From Phaeosaccion multiseriatum (lineage: Eukaryota > Protista > Ochrophyta, other classes), in NCBI GenBank assembly GCA_965112735.1, contig OZ218964.1, positions 682,001-746,000 of the forward strand: a stretch of DNA of 64,000 nt. Direction: 5' to 3'. Both the position numbers and the translations under genes were made by a program. The notes below the pieces were generated by a model, which saw nothing but the letters and a program-made list of their open reading frames with translations, was not told where the DNA came from and searched no databases. Positions 37,229 to 50,032 of this stretch are shown here, piece after piece. Positions within the stretch are counted from its first letter, which is position 1, and each line of letters opens with the position of its first letter.

Positions 37229-37587
37229 TCCTCCTCTTGTCCTCTCCTCAATTTGGTGATCATTTGTTCCAACAAGAGGATGCGGATGGCACCGGACGAG
37301 TCGGTGTGCAATGGCATCCAAGGGAGTAAAATAATAAACTATTCCACTATCAAAGGGAGCGCCTCTCGCCGTTGGGGGAAGGGCTGTCAAGCTACGCTTA
37401 TGCAGGCTGGCCTTACCAGAAGAAAGGAGACAGAGGGGAGCGGGGGGAGGGAAAGGGGTAGAAGGTTGATAACGGATCAGAGAATTTTTCTGGTCCTCAT
37501 GTTGTAAGCATGGGTACCCATCGACCTGCTGCAGGTCTATAGAGATCCATTAACAGAAGGAGCAGCAGGAGCATAGCAGCTCCCCCC

Positions 37588-39897
37588 ATGTCAGGGGGAG
37601 CGTACTCTCGCTATGTGTTGGCTTTGCTGACGGTCCTGAACATCGTCAACATATGGCACCGCTATCTGCTGTACAACCTTGCGGCCGTCAGCGTTCCTAA
37701 GTGTGCTGACACATGCGAGGGGGTGGCCTTCATTCCACTGTGCCAGTCCTGCTCTTCCACTTCCAGCAGCGCCTCTGTGTATAGGGCAGCAGAGGGAGCA
37801 ATTGTGGGAGACGTCGCAGGGGAATGGCTGGCAGCTGAGCAAGGCCAGACGAAGGGGCGAGTCCCATATCACAAAGTAGGCGCGTTGCCCTTAAGCGACG
37901 CTGGTAGCCATCGTGTGAGAAGAGCGGAGGAGACCTACGATGACGATGACGACGGGCAAGACGGCTCCTGTGAAGTCTGCAATGAGTGCAGAGATGCCTA
38001 CGGCGGCGCGTACTACAACATCCGAGATGGGGCCTGCATCGACAACACGGAGTACGGGTACCTTGCCGGCTTCGGCTTCTCCCTCATGTTCGCAGTGATG
38101 GGGCTCTTCGCAGGGCGGATGAGTGACGTGTTTGATCGCCGATACCTGCACACAGGGGCCGTGCTGCTGTGGTCACTGGCCGCGGCGGGGCACGGGGCCT
38201 GCACTTCCTTCTCCTGCCTCCTGCTGGCGAGGGTGCTGGTGGGCATCGGGGAGGCCTTCAACGCACCCTGCTGCTACATTGTCATCTCGCACTACTTTGC
38301 GCAGGAGGAGCGCAGCACCGCGAATGGTATGTACAGCACGGGCACTTACCTCGGAGCCGCCATGAGCAGCCTCTGCATCTTCCTGGCCAGCGCCGTCGGG
38401 TGGCGCGCGACGGCCTTTGGGTCGGGCGGAGTCGGCATTGGAGTGGCTTTCTTGCTCTTTTACACACTCAGGCAGCCCGCTGGCGCAAGCAAAGACGGTG
38501 ATTCCTTTTGGGAGGTATCGGCGGAAGAAGCCGAGTCGCTCTCCCCTCTCATGAGCCGAAGCCGGAACGGCGAGAAGCAAGCTCCAGCGTATGACAACAG
38601 CAAGACTTGGGTTGCCCATGAGCAGCAGAAGAAGCAGCATCCGCAGCACGGGAGCTATCAGCAGGAGGTGCCGCATTACCACCACCTGCATCAGCTGAGA
38701 CAGGGGCAGCACTCTTCTTCTGCGAGGAGAATCGATACCCTGCTGGTGCACTCAGACACCGAAACTGCCCCCCCACGAGGAGAGGGGAGAGGCCGAGGAG
38801 GAGGCCGAGGAAGAGGGGGAAGAAGAAGAGGAGGAGGAGAAGGAGGAGAAGGAGGAGAAGGAGGAGGAGGAGGAGGAGGCGGAGGAGACATGCTGGTCGT
38901 GCTTCGCATCGTTGGAGGCAACCCCAAGGTTCTGCTGCTCTTGGCCGCCACCAGCCTGCGCATGATCGGTGTGGTGGTCATCGCCGCCTACCTACCCACG
39001 TACTTTAAGCGGGCCTTCCCCGACAGCACCAACGCCTTCTCCATTGTCAACGCTTGTCTGATAAGCGTGGGCGGAGTGCTGAGCTCGACGATGGGCGGTG
39101 TCTTGGCCGATCGCTTCGGAAAGGAGCGCTCCGGCATCCTGGCGTGGCTGCCTGCGGTAGGGGCGCTGTTGGGCATTCCTCTGCTGGCCATTGTGCTGTA
39201 CAGCTCGAGCTTCTGGGTAGCCATGATGGCACTCTTTGTGGAGTACCTCGTTGCCGAGTGCTGGCTGGGGCCGGGGATGACCATCTTGCAGAGGCAGACA
39301 CCTCAGCACATGCACGGGGTAGCTGTGGCAATCCTGCTCTTCCTCAACACGCTCGTGTCCAACGTGGGGCCCGTCATGATCGCCGCCCACGATCCCGGCA
39401 CGGCTCTAGTGCGCGTGCCCGTGTTCGTTCAGCTCGTGTGCTCGTATGGCCTTGCTGCCGCTCTGTTCGTCGTGCTGGGCTATATGCTGGAGAAAGAGCA
39501 GTGCCCTTCGTCAGTGTCGTCGTCATCCTCTTCGTCTTGCTGCTTCATCCCGGGGAGGATGAGGGGGACCGGTGTGTTGTTTGGCGACGGTCGAGGAGGA
39601 GGAGGAGAAGGAGGCGGAGGAGGAGGAGGCGGCGGGGGAAAGGGCAGCGGGATGGGCGGTGGCTATTGGATGAGTAGGAGCAGTAGCAGCAGCACGAGCA
39701 ACAGTAGCAGCAGTGGCAGCATGAGCTGCTTCGTGGAGGCCCGCTTCGGCGAGATGAACTACAACTTCGACAGTTGCGACAGCTACAACTCTTACGAGGA
39801 GATGGAGACTTCTCCGCCCTTTCCGAGTGGACCAGACGGGGTGGGAGGCGGTAGGGGCCGTGGTGGAGGAGGCTACGATAGTTTTGCGGCTAGCTAG
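37588..39897 (+). CDS. Major facilitator superfamily transporter, Spinster-like (intronless)
   Basis: 769-aa ORF with ~12 hydrophobic segments; MFS motif A GRMSDVFDRR and GVLADRFGKER; ARVLVGIGEA; long Gly/Gln-rich central loop. Confidence 0.88.
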   Translation: MSGGAYSRYVLALLTVLNIVNIWHRYLLYNLAAVSVPKCADTCEGVAFIPLCQSCSSTSSSASVYRAAEGAIVGDVAGEWLAAEQGQTKGRVPYHKVGALPLSDAGSHRVRRAEETYDDDDDGQDGSCEVCNECRDAYGGAYYNIRDGACIDNTEYGYLAGFGFSLMFAVMGLFAGRMSDVFDRRYLHTGAVLLWSLAAAGHGACTSFSCLLLARVLVGIGEAFNAPCCYIVISHYFAQEERSTANGMYSTGTYLGAAMSSLCIFLASAVGWRATAFGSGGVGIGVAFLLFYTLRQPAGASKDGDSFWEVSAEEAESLSPLMSRSRNGEKQAPAYDNSKTWVAHEQQKKQHPQHGSYQQEVPHYHHLHQLRQGQHSSSARRIDTLLVHSDTETAPPRGEGRGRGGGRGRGGRRRGGGEGGEGGEGGGGGGGGGDMLVVLRIVGGNPKVLLLLAATSLRMIGVVVIAAYLPTYFKRAFPDSTNAFSIVNACLISVGGVLSSTMGGVLADRFGKERSGILAWLPAVGALLGIPLLAIVLYSSSFWVAMMALFVEYLVAECWLGPGMTILQRQTPQHMHGVAVAILLFLNTLVSNVGPVMIAAHDPGTALVRVPVFVQLVCSYGLAAALFVVLGYMLEKEQCPSSVSSSSSSSCCFIPGRMRGTGVLFGDGRGGGGEGGGGGGGGGGKGSGMGGGYWMSRSSSSSTSNSSSSGSMSCFVEARFGEMNYNFDSCDSYNSYEEMETSPPFPSGPDGVGGGRGRGGGGYDSFAAS

Positions 39898-40083
39898 TAA
39901 CAGCTAGTAGTGAGAAGAAAAGGAAGGAAAAGGAGAAAAGAGAAGAAGGGGAAAAGTTTCAGTTTCAGGTCGACTTTCTTCCCATAGGCCTCCACATTCC
40001 TGTATACGATTACATCACGCCTTTCCGACCCTCTCGGTTTGATCCCTTCTTGTCTCTCTGTTTGTTCGCTGCTGGCCCTTTAC

Positions 40084-40823
40084 ATGGCCACCATGATGCT
40101 AACTATTACTCCTCGCCTGGAGGCCAGCCTTAGCGCGGCTCTTGCCTCTTCCCCGCTGAGCAGGCACCGGGGAGACGGAGGGCATGTCGATGCGCTGCTC
40201 GGTGAGGTGGAGGCCTGCTTGCATGACAAGAAGTATGACAATGGGGATGGGAGGGGGCCCAGGGCGGGCATCGCTCCGTCCCTTCTGCGGCGTCTGCGGC
40301 CTTACTTGGAGAGAATGAGGGGAGGGGCAGGGACGGCGAAGGAAGACGGGCGTGAGGGTGGAAGTGAGGGAAGGGAAGGGAGGGGTGCAGGACGAGCCAG
40401 CAGCAGTAGCTATAGCGTGGTATCGATGCTGGAAGGGGGTGAGATCTTGTTTCCCGACTCGTTGGAGATTGGACGTAAGAGAAGGGCGACGGAACGGGCG
40501 ACCGAGGAGGAAGCGGAGGACGAGAGCAAGAAGGAGAAGCGGAACCTCATGCGCCTCAGAGCAGAGGACAGAGAGTACGATAGGATGACTGCGAACGTAA
40601 AGTAAGTGGGTAGGAGGAGTGGAGGAGATGTAGAGTGAGTCTTTGCCATGTTTTTGGAGAGGAGATGGTGTTCTGTCTCTCTCTTTCTGTTCTTTCTCGG
40701 AAGCTGCTTGAAAGTCTTTGGCCTTATCAACACCGCACATTGGACCACACGCAGCAGGGTGGAGAGCTTCCTGCGAATCACTGGCATCTAAACGCTTGTC
40801 TTCCTCTGCACCACACCACCACC

Positions 40824-40856
<33 letters not shown>

Positions 40857-41853
40857 TGTGCATGTCATACCCTCTCCCCTCCCCTCCCCAAGCCCCGCCC
40901 GAGCAGCTCCCTACGGCGCAGAGGAGCTGCACGACCTGCAGAGCTCGTTCAAGTTCCAGGCCGGCATAGGGGCCAACGTGGTGCTGGCCTCCGTTTCCTC
41001 CTTCCTAGTGTGTTATTGGGGTAGCAAGCACGTGGGCATTCAAAAGGAGTCCTATGTGAGTGAGAGATGGAGTGAGTCAATGAGTGAGTGAGTGAGTGAG
41101 TGAGTGAGTGAGTGAGTGGGGGAACAGGAGAGAGGGAGGGGGTGAGTAAGGGAGGGAGGGAGGGAGGGAGGGAGGGAGTGGGTGAGGAGTGAGGGGAGGG
41201 AGGGCGTGGATACACTGTCTTCAGAGGCGCGTAAGCAAGGAAATGTCCCTCCCTTTCTCGCGCTCCCGCACCGACCTATGTCTCACAAGCACTCTTTCCT
41301 CGCTTTGTCGTGTTTCGCTCTCTCTCCCTCTCTCATTGCCCTCGCCACCACCCCACCCCCTTCTGATTGATTCTTCATTCATCACGTGCCTCCCTCCTCA
41401 CCTCTATCTCTCGACATGTGGCTTGCTGTTCTACCCATACTTCTTCGTATCTGTCCCCTCCTTCCTTTCATCACTATACATCCATATATCCTCCTCGCGA
41501 TATGGCCCTGTCTGTCCCTCCCGCAGCGCCTCGTCACCGGTCTGGTGGGTGCCATCAGCATCCTCCTCATCGAGCTGCTGGTGTTCGTCATTCGATCGCT
41601 AAAAGCCGACGAGGCACTAGAGCGGGAGCGGAGGCACGTCCAGGAAGAGTCCGACCGCCTTATTGCAGGCCGGGGGGGCGGAGGCGGCAGGGAGAGAGCG
41701 CGGCGGACAAGTGCAAGTAGCGACGACGATGGAGGAGGGGGGGCGAGAGGTTGTGGCAGCGGACGTGAAGCTGAAGAAAAGGGGAGAGGAGGGGCTGTGG
41801 AGATGAGCACCTGGACGGAGGGCAGCGAGAGGGAGAGCTTATTGGTTGATTGA
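40084..41853 (+). CDS. V-ATPase assembly factor VMA12/TMEM199-like protein
   Basis: Exons 40084-40601, 40893-41055, 41527-41853. RLRAEDREYDRMTANV matches the Vma12/TMEM199 signature, followed by two TM helices (GIGANVVLASVSSFLVCYWG; LVTGLVGAISILLIELLVFVIR). Confidence 0.75.
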
Positions 41854-43509
41854 TTCATTGATTTGGCGATGGACTCGCTCTCCGTGGAGTGCCATCTGAT
41901 CTATCCAGCCTTTGACCGGGTCTGTCGAGCTATGCAACGGGAGGCGGGCGGGGCCATTCCTTCCCTTTGTTGCGTATGGCAGCTGGCAGACGGATGGAGG
42001 GGGAAAGGGAGGAAGCACAAGGGCAAACGGTTTCAGTTTGCCGCAAGATTGGAAGAGGAAGCACAAGAGCGCAGAAGCTTCCGTTTGCCATCTGGTGCCT
42101 GCTGCTGGTGCTGCGAAACTACTCGCACTTCCCCCAAGAGACGACCGGCGCGCACGAAGAGAGACTTGACCCACTGTGGCGTGGGGAGGGAGGGAGGGAG
42201 GGAGGGAGGGAGGGGGGATTGGAGGGGACTACTTCATCATCTGGAATCATCAGTGGCGGTGCGGTAGTGCCACGTGAGCCCGGGGTGCCTAATGTGGCCA
42301 GAGGTGAAACAGATAGTGGTCAAGCTGACGGTAGGGCAACATCTTTGGCCACAGTCAGTGGGCCGAGGTAATGAGGTACTCCACCGCCAGACCAGACGCG
42401 TCCAGAAGAGTAGTCTCCAAGGCGGAGCGAGTATCCGTGGGCCTTGTGCCGGACAACCCCCACCCCCGTTTAACCTTTGACCGGCGCCCGTGATTGGAGG
42501 AGCACCAAAGCTTCGCTCGTCCTGCATGTGGCATGCGCCGGAGAAGAGGGATCGACGAGAAACGAAGGCACCAAGGGACGAAGGAGCGAAGAGGAGTCGT
42601 CTGTGCTCGCCTCGCGGGCGTCGACCTGCCCCGTGCCCATGGCAGGCAGCCCAAGGCAGGGCTCACGTGTTGAGTGGCCGAAGAGAGAAGAGAGGAACGC
42701 AGCCGCCAAGCTAGCATTGAGGGGGATGCAGCAGCTAAGCTGGCTGGGACCTGGTGTCACGCCTTGCCCGCCCTCGCGGGTCCTGGATGGTCCTGGATGG
42801 TCCTGGATGAAAGACATGATCCGCCGGGGTCCCCTCACGGCACCAAGCAGCGCCAAGTGAAGGAGGGGCAGTGAGGAGGGCGGCGCATGCTGTCTGCGCA
42901 GCCGCAGCAGCAGCAGTAGAAGTAATTGGTGGGACAGCAGGAGTTGGTGCTATCCTGTTCGTAGTGAGGGGCAGGCCGTGCGGCACAATTGTGACCGTAC
43001 ATTTGTACTGTTTTCTTTGAGCCGCTAATCTGTGGTCAATCGATCGATCATGGCGAACAAGAAAGGTTTTCATCAAGCCGGTAGTCTGTAGTCAATCGAT
43101 CACTACGAACAAGAGAGCTAGACTTTTCCAGGACCATTATCCTGCTCAAGAAGCGAAACTGTCGACAATCGGTTGACCTTAATCCCAGCGCCATGTCGCG
43201 CCAGGGACTCGAAACGCGGTGGCGGCTCGCCGCTTTGGCTCACTCCGCCTGTGCGTGTGTGTGTGCGGCCGTGCGTCAGTCGGCCCAGTTGCAGAGAGCG
43301 AGAGGCATGCTGGTCTTTTTTTTTCTCTCCCTTGTAGCTTTGTCGATTCCATGCCGATCCCATATGCCTCCCATATGCCTATCCCATGTGCCTGCCTTGT
43401 GCTTGGGCGGCAAACGTCAAAAGGCTGAAAGAAAGACTGCTTTGCTTTCGACGAGTGACGCAAAGCTCCGAACAAGCAGCGTCGTCTTGAGCAGGAGGGA
43501 AGGAGAGAA

Positions 43510-43556
<47 letters not shown>

Positions 43557-44002
43557 AAGGATAGAGAGGAGCTCTCAGACTCTCGAGCGGGCCGTTTTGT
43601 AAGGGGCGGGGGGTTACCCACTCTCCAGTGCGACGCACACGGCACCCCTCCCGGCCCGCTCCGCTGACCCCGCTCCGCGTCCACCGCCCTGCTTTACCCC
43701 AGAAAGGACGGGGCAGCCACCACGCATCATCACATCACATGTGCGTGGTGGGGGCTTCGCCTTTGGCAGCAAGCATCCCGCCATCCCCCAGCAAGTAGGG
43801 GAGGAGGAGGCGCTAACCCGCCCATCCACCCACCGACTCACCCACTCACTCCCGAGTGAAAAGTTCGGCCACTATGAGTCTCCGAGTGCCCTTCTCAAAG
43901 AAGTGGAACATTCCGCTGAAGCCCAGCCCCTCGCAGTAGTCAGTCATCAGGCATCTGCTGCCACCTCTCTCCTCATCCATCTACTGCCATCTACTGCCAT
44001 GT

Positions 44003-44716
44003 TCACTCGCACGAGGTGTCGAAGGAATGGAACATTCCGCTGAAGCCCGTTCGTCTTGTGTCCCCGTCGTCGGAGAGGTCAACGGTTTGAAGCCCGTCCT
44101 GCCCCGAGGGGGTGCCCCCCATGTCCATGACGTCGACATCTCGCACATCGATTCGCACCACCTAAGGAGGGGGGGGGGGAGGGAGAGGAGGGGGGGGAGC
44201 CAAGTGAAGTGTTTACGTCGGCCTATCTGCCTGTCTACCTGTCTGCCTGCCTTCCTCCCCCCCCCGAACCCACGGGCATTCACTACCATCCACAGTCATC
44301 CACTGCCATCCTCCACCACCCCCCTGCCCCCCTTACCTTGCCAAAGAAGATGCCATTGAAGTGCGGTGCGAGGTACACATGCTGTCCGAGAGAGAAGCCC
44401 CCCACAAAGCCCCGTAAGTCTTGATCGGCCATGGAAGGGATCTGTTGCCGCTCCTGAGAGGCCAGGTCCACCACCCTCACGCTACTCAAGGTGAAGTCTT
44501 CGATGTCCACGAAGACTACCTGTGACGGAGGAAGGAAGGAGTGTGGATGGGTGTGGGGGGGGGGGGGGGAGCGGAGAGGGGTTGGGGGAGAAGAGAGGGC
44601 AGATGGAGGGGTTTCATTTTATTCATCTATGGGCCATCTGCCGGCCCTTGTCTTTCAACGCAAGTGGTAAGGCTCTCGGCGCAGAGAGAGAGAAGATAAG
44701 GCAGAGAGAGATGAGA

Positions 44717-44758
<42 letters not shown>

Positions 44759-44778
44759 GGGAGAGAGGGAGAGGGAGA

Positions 44779-44819
<41 letters not shown>

Positions 44820-47029
44820 CAACACACGTATACATACGCGCGCGCACCTTGGAATGCTGCTTCCTCTCGTTGTAGTTGTTCTCTGTGTCGCCATTCATGT
44901 ACGGCACGAAGACTGCGTACTTGCCGTGGTTGAAGCCCCCTACGAAGCCCTCGAGGGAGGGGTCTCTCTGTGTGAGGTCAATGACGGACACTGCAGAGTA
45001 GTCTCCCCACGCTTCCAAGTCCACGCGGGCAATCTATGGGTGTGTGGGGGGCAGTGGGTGAGTGAGTGAGTGAGTGAGTGAGTGAGTGAGTGAGTGAGTG
45101 AGTGAGTGAGTGAGTGAGTGAGCGCGTCAGGGGGTGTGGAGCAGAAGGAGGGAAAGAGGGCAGGCAAGGTAGGACACTCACATACGCGTGCAAACATACA
45201 CATACACTTTACCCCCCCCCCCCTTCCCCCCTCCCCCCCCCCCACACACACGCACCTTTCCGCTGAACAGGCCCCTCCCCTCCTGATTCCGAAACGGCAC
45301 GAGGAAACCGTACTTGCCCGCCGCGAAGCCACCCATGAAGCCTCTGAGGTCGGGATCCACCCGAGTGAGGTCCATCACCGAGGCATCCGGCAAAGCAAAG
45401 GTGGTGAGGTTGACTCGCACCATCTTACCCGAGTAGTGGGTGCTAAGCAAGCCCCCGGCCTTTCGCTGGACCTCCTGCCCTGCAGTGGGGAAATCTATGC
45501 CATAGTAACCGTCGACGGTCAGGTTGGAGTTGATGCCACCGTAGGGTGCGGTGTAGGAGCGGGAGGGGACGAGGAAGCCTGCCCCTTCCCACTCGAACCC
45601 GCCGGAGAAGCCACCAACCTCGTTGTCGAGGAGAGAGAGATCGAGGACTTCCACGTCGGAGGAGGAGAAGCTCCCGATACTGATGCGCACAAGCTTGTTG
45701 CCTGTTTTCCTGTTGTAGGGGAGAGGGAAGGGAAGGGGGGAGGGTTGTTTACGGAGGGGGCGAGGAAGGGGGAGGGGGGGAGGAAGGAAGGAAAGAAGTA
45801 CGAGGATAAGAGACGGGCACCCACCCATCCACCCACCTACCACCCCACACTCGCTCTCACCTTCCCGTAAACGTGGGCACAAAGTAGGCCTTGGAATCAA
45901 ACGCGAATCCCCCCGAGAAACCCTTGAGGTCCTCATCCACCTCCTCCAGATCCACCACCCGGAACACGCAGCTGCTGTTGGAGGTCACGTCTTGGGCGAG
46001 CACGTCGGCTGTGGGTGGGCAGAAGGCCGTGTTGTTGCTCGTTGAGAAGGCCCCCATGGCTACTTGAACGGCCTTGCCGTGGTAGGCCGTCCCGTCAAAG
46101 TGGGGGCTCATGAAGCCAAGCGCGGTGCCGTTGACGCGGGTGCTGAACCCCCCCCAGTAGCCTCGGAGACCAAGGTCGTTGTCGGACCCAGTGCTGCTGC
46201 TACTGCTGCTGTCCGCGGAGGTGCTGTTGGCGAGGTTTCGCTCTGTGACCTGTCCCTGGTAGGGGCCGATGCCTGAGCTGCTAAAGAAGTCGGCAAAGTC
46301 CGTGTAGACGCCGTGCATCCGCACCGAGTTGAAGAGATGTGTGCCGAGGTTCAGCTCCACCACCGTGTTGCTGTGGCCCGCTTCTGTGTAGTACGGAACC
46401 ATGATGGCGGTACCGCACTTGCCCTCTTCGTAGATGGTGAAGTCCTGACTGAACGTATCACTAAGGGTAGAGCTCGTCTCGTCGTTGTCATCGGGGCCTG
46501 CTCGAGCGTTGACGACGCTGGAGGAATAGAGGCCAATACTGCCGCCCGAAACAACATATGGGGACTCCATGGAAGGCTCCGTGCCGTCCAGGGTGTAGTA
46601 CACGCGGTCGATGGATCTGTCGCTCACAAAGGTCACAGCGATAGGGTGCACGAAGGATCCCCCTCCCGGGAACATCTTGGGCGTGTTGGAGCGCGTATAG
46701 ACGGCCCCGGCCAGTCGCCTCGAGGAGTCGTCTTGCTCCTTAATTTGTTGTCCTGCTTCGTGCCCGCCGCTCTCTTTCTTCTTCTCCTCCTCCTCTTCCT
46801 CTTGCCGTTTTCTCGTGCTGTTACTGAAGGCCTCTGCATAGACTCTCATGCCGGGGTCGTCGAGGATGGCCCGGGCAGAGCTTAGGATGCGGGGACCCTG
46901 GTCTTTGGCCGTGCTGCTACGTTCCTCCTGGCTTGCATGGGACAGAAGCAGCTGCAGAGTGAGAAGCAGTAATAGTAGGATCCCTCCACACACTGTGGGC
47001 CGGCGCCTCTTCCTACTGCGGCACTCCAT
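44003..47029 (-). CDS. Secreted or membrane-anchored protein: Fn3-associated (chitobiase/beta-hexosaminidase C-terminal-like) domain plus ~6 'DLxGFxGGF..YFVP' beta-repeats; function unknown
   Basis: Exons (minus): 47029-45861, 45709-45256, 45033-44848, 44519-44337, 44161-44003 (alternative ATG 47191; 3' end uncertain). Hydrophobic ILLLLLLTLQLLLSHA; FPGGGSF..YYTLDGTEPS motif; repeats DLKGFSGGF, EVGGFSGGF, DLRGFMGGF, SLEGFVGGF, DLRGFVGGF. Confidence 0.75.
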
Positions 47030-47783
47030 GCCAAAGACACGAGGATTGCCAGCAGTGTCTCCGTTACGAAGACCCAACTTGCGACCCTCACAGATGGTGG
47101 TTGAAATCGAGCTCCTCGATTTTCTGGGAGGGGATTTGTCTGGTTCGTTCACCTTCCTTTCCTCCTCAACAAGGACCAGGACCGGCCGCATTATCTCTCT
47201 TGGGGCGGCCTTGATCTCTGTAGTGTCTGGGAGGGGCGAATTGGGCAGCACTTGTGCGGCAGGCGACCAATAAATGGGAAAGAGGGAGCAGGCACTTCGA
47301 GAGCAGAGAGCGTTCCCTCCGCCTTCTCCCAGAGCTCGCCAGACGATGGTGAGAGAACAGCAGAGTACAGAGGGTTGGAATGCTTCGGTAGTCACACTGC
47401 CGGAAGAGGGAAGGGGTCGAAGAGGGGCTGACGGGATACGACGACAAGCGTGAGGGGGTAGGAACGATAGGTTAGGTGCCCGTGGACAAAATGTTCGCTC
47501 CCTTGGATGCTTCCTCCTTCTCCTCTTCCTACCACTAACGCCTGCGCTTCCCCCACTCTGTTTCCCCCCTTCTCCACCTCCGTAAGCCTTTTTCCTGCAG
47601 CAAGCAGGACCAGCAGCACTGCAATGACCAAGTCGAGTGAGTGAGACCTTGGGGTCTCCATCTCTCGGTCTGGAGGGGGGTTCTTGTTAGGGACGGCACG
47701 GGAGTCACTGCAGAGGCGATCCTAGGGTGGTGTTGGCGCTGAGTGCTTACTTGCCTCGTGTGGAAAGAGAAGAGGAGGCAGCC

Positions 47784-50001
47784 ATGGAGGAGCTGGAGGG
47801 AGGTGCGGCCATGGAGGAGGTGGAGGGCAGCGTCTTCAAGCAGCTGCACGAGAGGTGAGCAGAGGAGCAGAGGGATGGGGATGGGGTGCCGTGGTTTGGC
47901 CCGCGGGAGAGGAGGGAGAGCAACCGGAAGTGGAGTGGTGTGTTGCTTCGAGAACGTCTCGGGCCCGTTAGTCTATCCTAACCCCGGGCCCCCTCCCCTC
48001 CCCTCCCCCCAAACAAACTTGCCCAAAACACCCAAACAAACCCAAAACAAACATAACCAATCAACCACGTGAAGAAACGTGCGGCCCTGGTTAGACCTCG
48101 TAGACGAGCTCCGGTCCCATGGCGTATCCGAGGACATCCCCTTACCGCAGATCGCAGTCATGGGCGACCAGTCCTGCGGCAAGTCTTCCGTGCTGGAGGC
48201 CATCTCGGGTGTGCCCTTTCCTCGCGGGTCCGGCCTGGTGACGCGCTGTGCCACGCAGTTGGTGATGAAGAGCGGGCCGCCCGGTTCAGAGTGGAGTGCG
48301 CATGCTACTGTGATGAAGGGAGCAGCAAGCGGGAGTGGAACCGCGGGAGGAGGAGGAGGAGGAGGGGGTAAAGACGCAGCCACTGCCGTTTCCGTTTCAT
48401 CTCCAGCGGCGCTGACGAAGGTGATTTCTGATCTGCAGGACTCTCTGACGGGAGGTAGTCAGACCTCCTTCAGCACGGACACCATCCTTATTCAGGTGCA
48501 GGCTGAGGGCCTTCCCGACCTCACCCTCATCGATCTGCCAGGTAAGCAGGTGGGGTTCGTGAGTGTGTGCGTGCATGCGTGCGTGCGTGGGTGGGTGGGT
48601 GGGTGGGTGCGTAGGTGGGCCCTAAACTAGACTCAAACAACTCGAACTCAAACTGGTGTTGGTGTGGGATGTTGCGTCTTCGCGTGTTGCTTGTCCTGTT
48701 GGTCTCGGTCGTCGCCAGGCATTGTGCGCACGGCCACAGCGGGACAGAAGGCCTCCGTGATGGGCGAAGTCAACGCCCTCATCGACACCTACCTCGGGCA
48801 GGAGCGCACGATCATCCTGGCCGTCGTGCCTGCCAATCAGGTGGGTAGCTGGGGTGGGGTAGGGTGGGCGGTGGGGTGGGGTAGGGAAAGTGCACACACA
48901 TGCCTACCACTGGAGAGTGGGGTCTTGGACACGTGTGTAACTCACTCCCTTACTCCTTCTCTCTCCCTCCCTCCCTCCATCCATCCATCCCGCCCCTCCC
49001 CGCTCCCTCCCTCCCTCCCTCCCCTCCTCCCTCCCTCCCTCCCGTCCTCAGGACGTTGCCACGGTAGACATTCTAGAACGGGCAAAGGCGGTCGACCCCC
49101 AGGGGGACCGCACCATCGGAGTCCTCACCAAGCCCGATCTCATCGGGCCCGGGAACGAGGAGGAGGCCCTTACCGTGCTCAGGAACGTTCGAAAGCCCCT
49201 CAAACTGGGCTATGTGATGGTCAAGTGTCGCAGTCAGACGGAGATCAACGCCGGGGTGTCTAATCGAGAAGCAGTGGTGGAGGAGGCACGCTTCTTCCGC
49301 CAGCATTCGTGTTTCAGTGCGCTGCCCGCGTCTCTGACAGGGGTGGCCACGCTCACCACGAGGCTGACGGAACTGCTCGTGAGGAGGATTGAGGCAGCCA
49401 TGCCGAGCATCAAGGTGAGTGAGATGATGATTGGTCAAATCATCTTGGAGTGAGAGAAAAGCTTTTTTGTCTCTGAGCCTGCTTTACCTTACCGCCTCGC
49501 CTACCGCTTGGTATTGTTGTTGATGATGAGGATGTTGCTGTTGTTGTTGGTGTCGTTGTTGTTGTTATTGCTTTTTGTTCTTTCTCTCCCTCTTTCTTTG
49601 CTGACTCAAGTCAAGTCAGTGAAGCATACTCTGTGGTGTGGTGCTTAGGTTTGTTTTTAGTGTAACTTTTCAGTCCCTTTGACAATCATGTCCCTGACCA
49701 CCCCCTTTCGCCTCCATTCCCTCCTCCTCCTCCCCTCCCCCCTCCAGTGGGAGATCCAGCAGCAGATGCTGGAGACAGAAAAGCTTCTGCAGCCGATGGT
49801 GAAAGGGGTCCCGCAGGACGAGGCCGAGTGCCAGACCTGTCTCATGAAGGTATGTTCACGGCATCCTTACGTAGGCTACCAGCATCCTTATGTAAGGTTA
49901 TGTAAGGTAGTATCATCCCTTTTATTTCATTTACAATTTGGACTTTTCCAAAGCTGTGTTTTGTTGAGTTAAGGTCACCTAAACTGAAACTATATGTCTG
50001 T

Positions 50002-50032
<31 letters not shown>

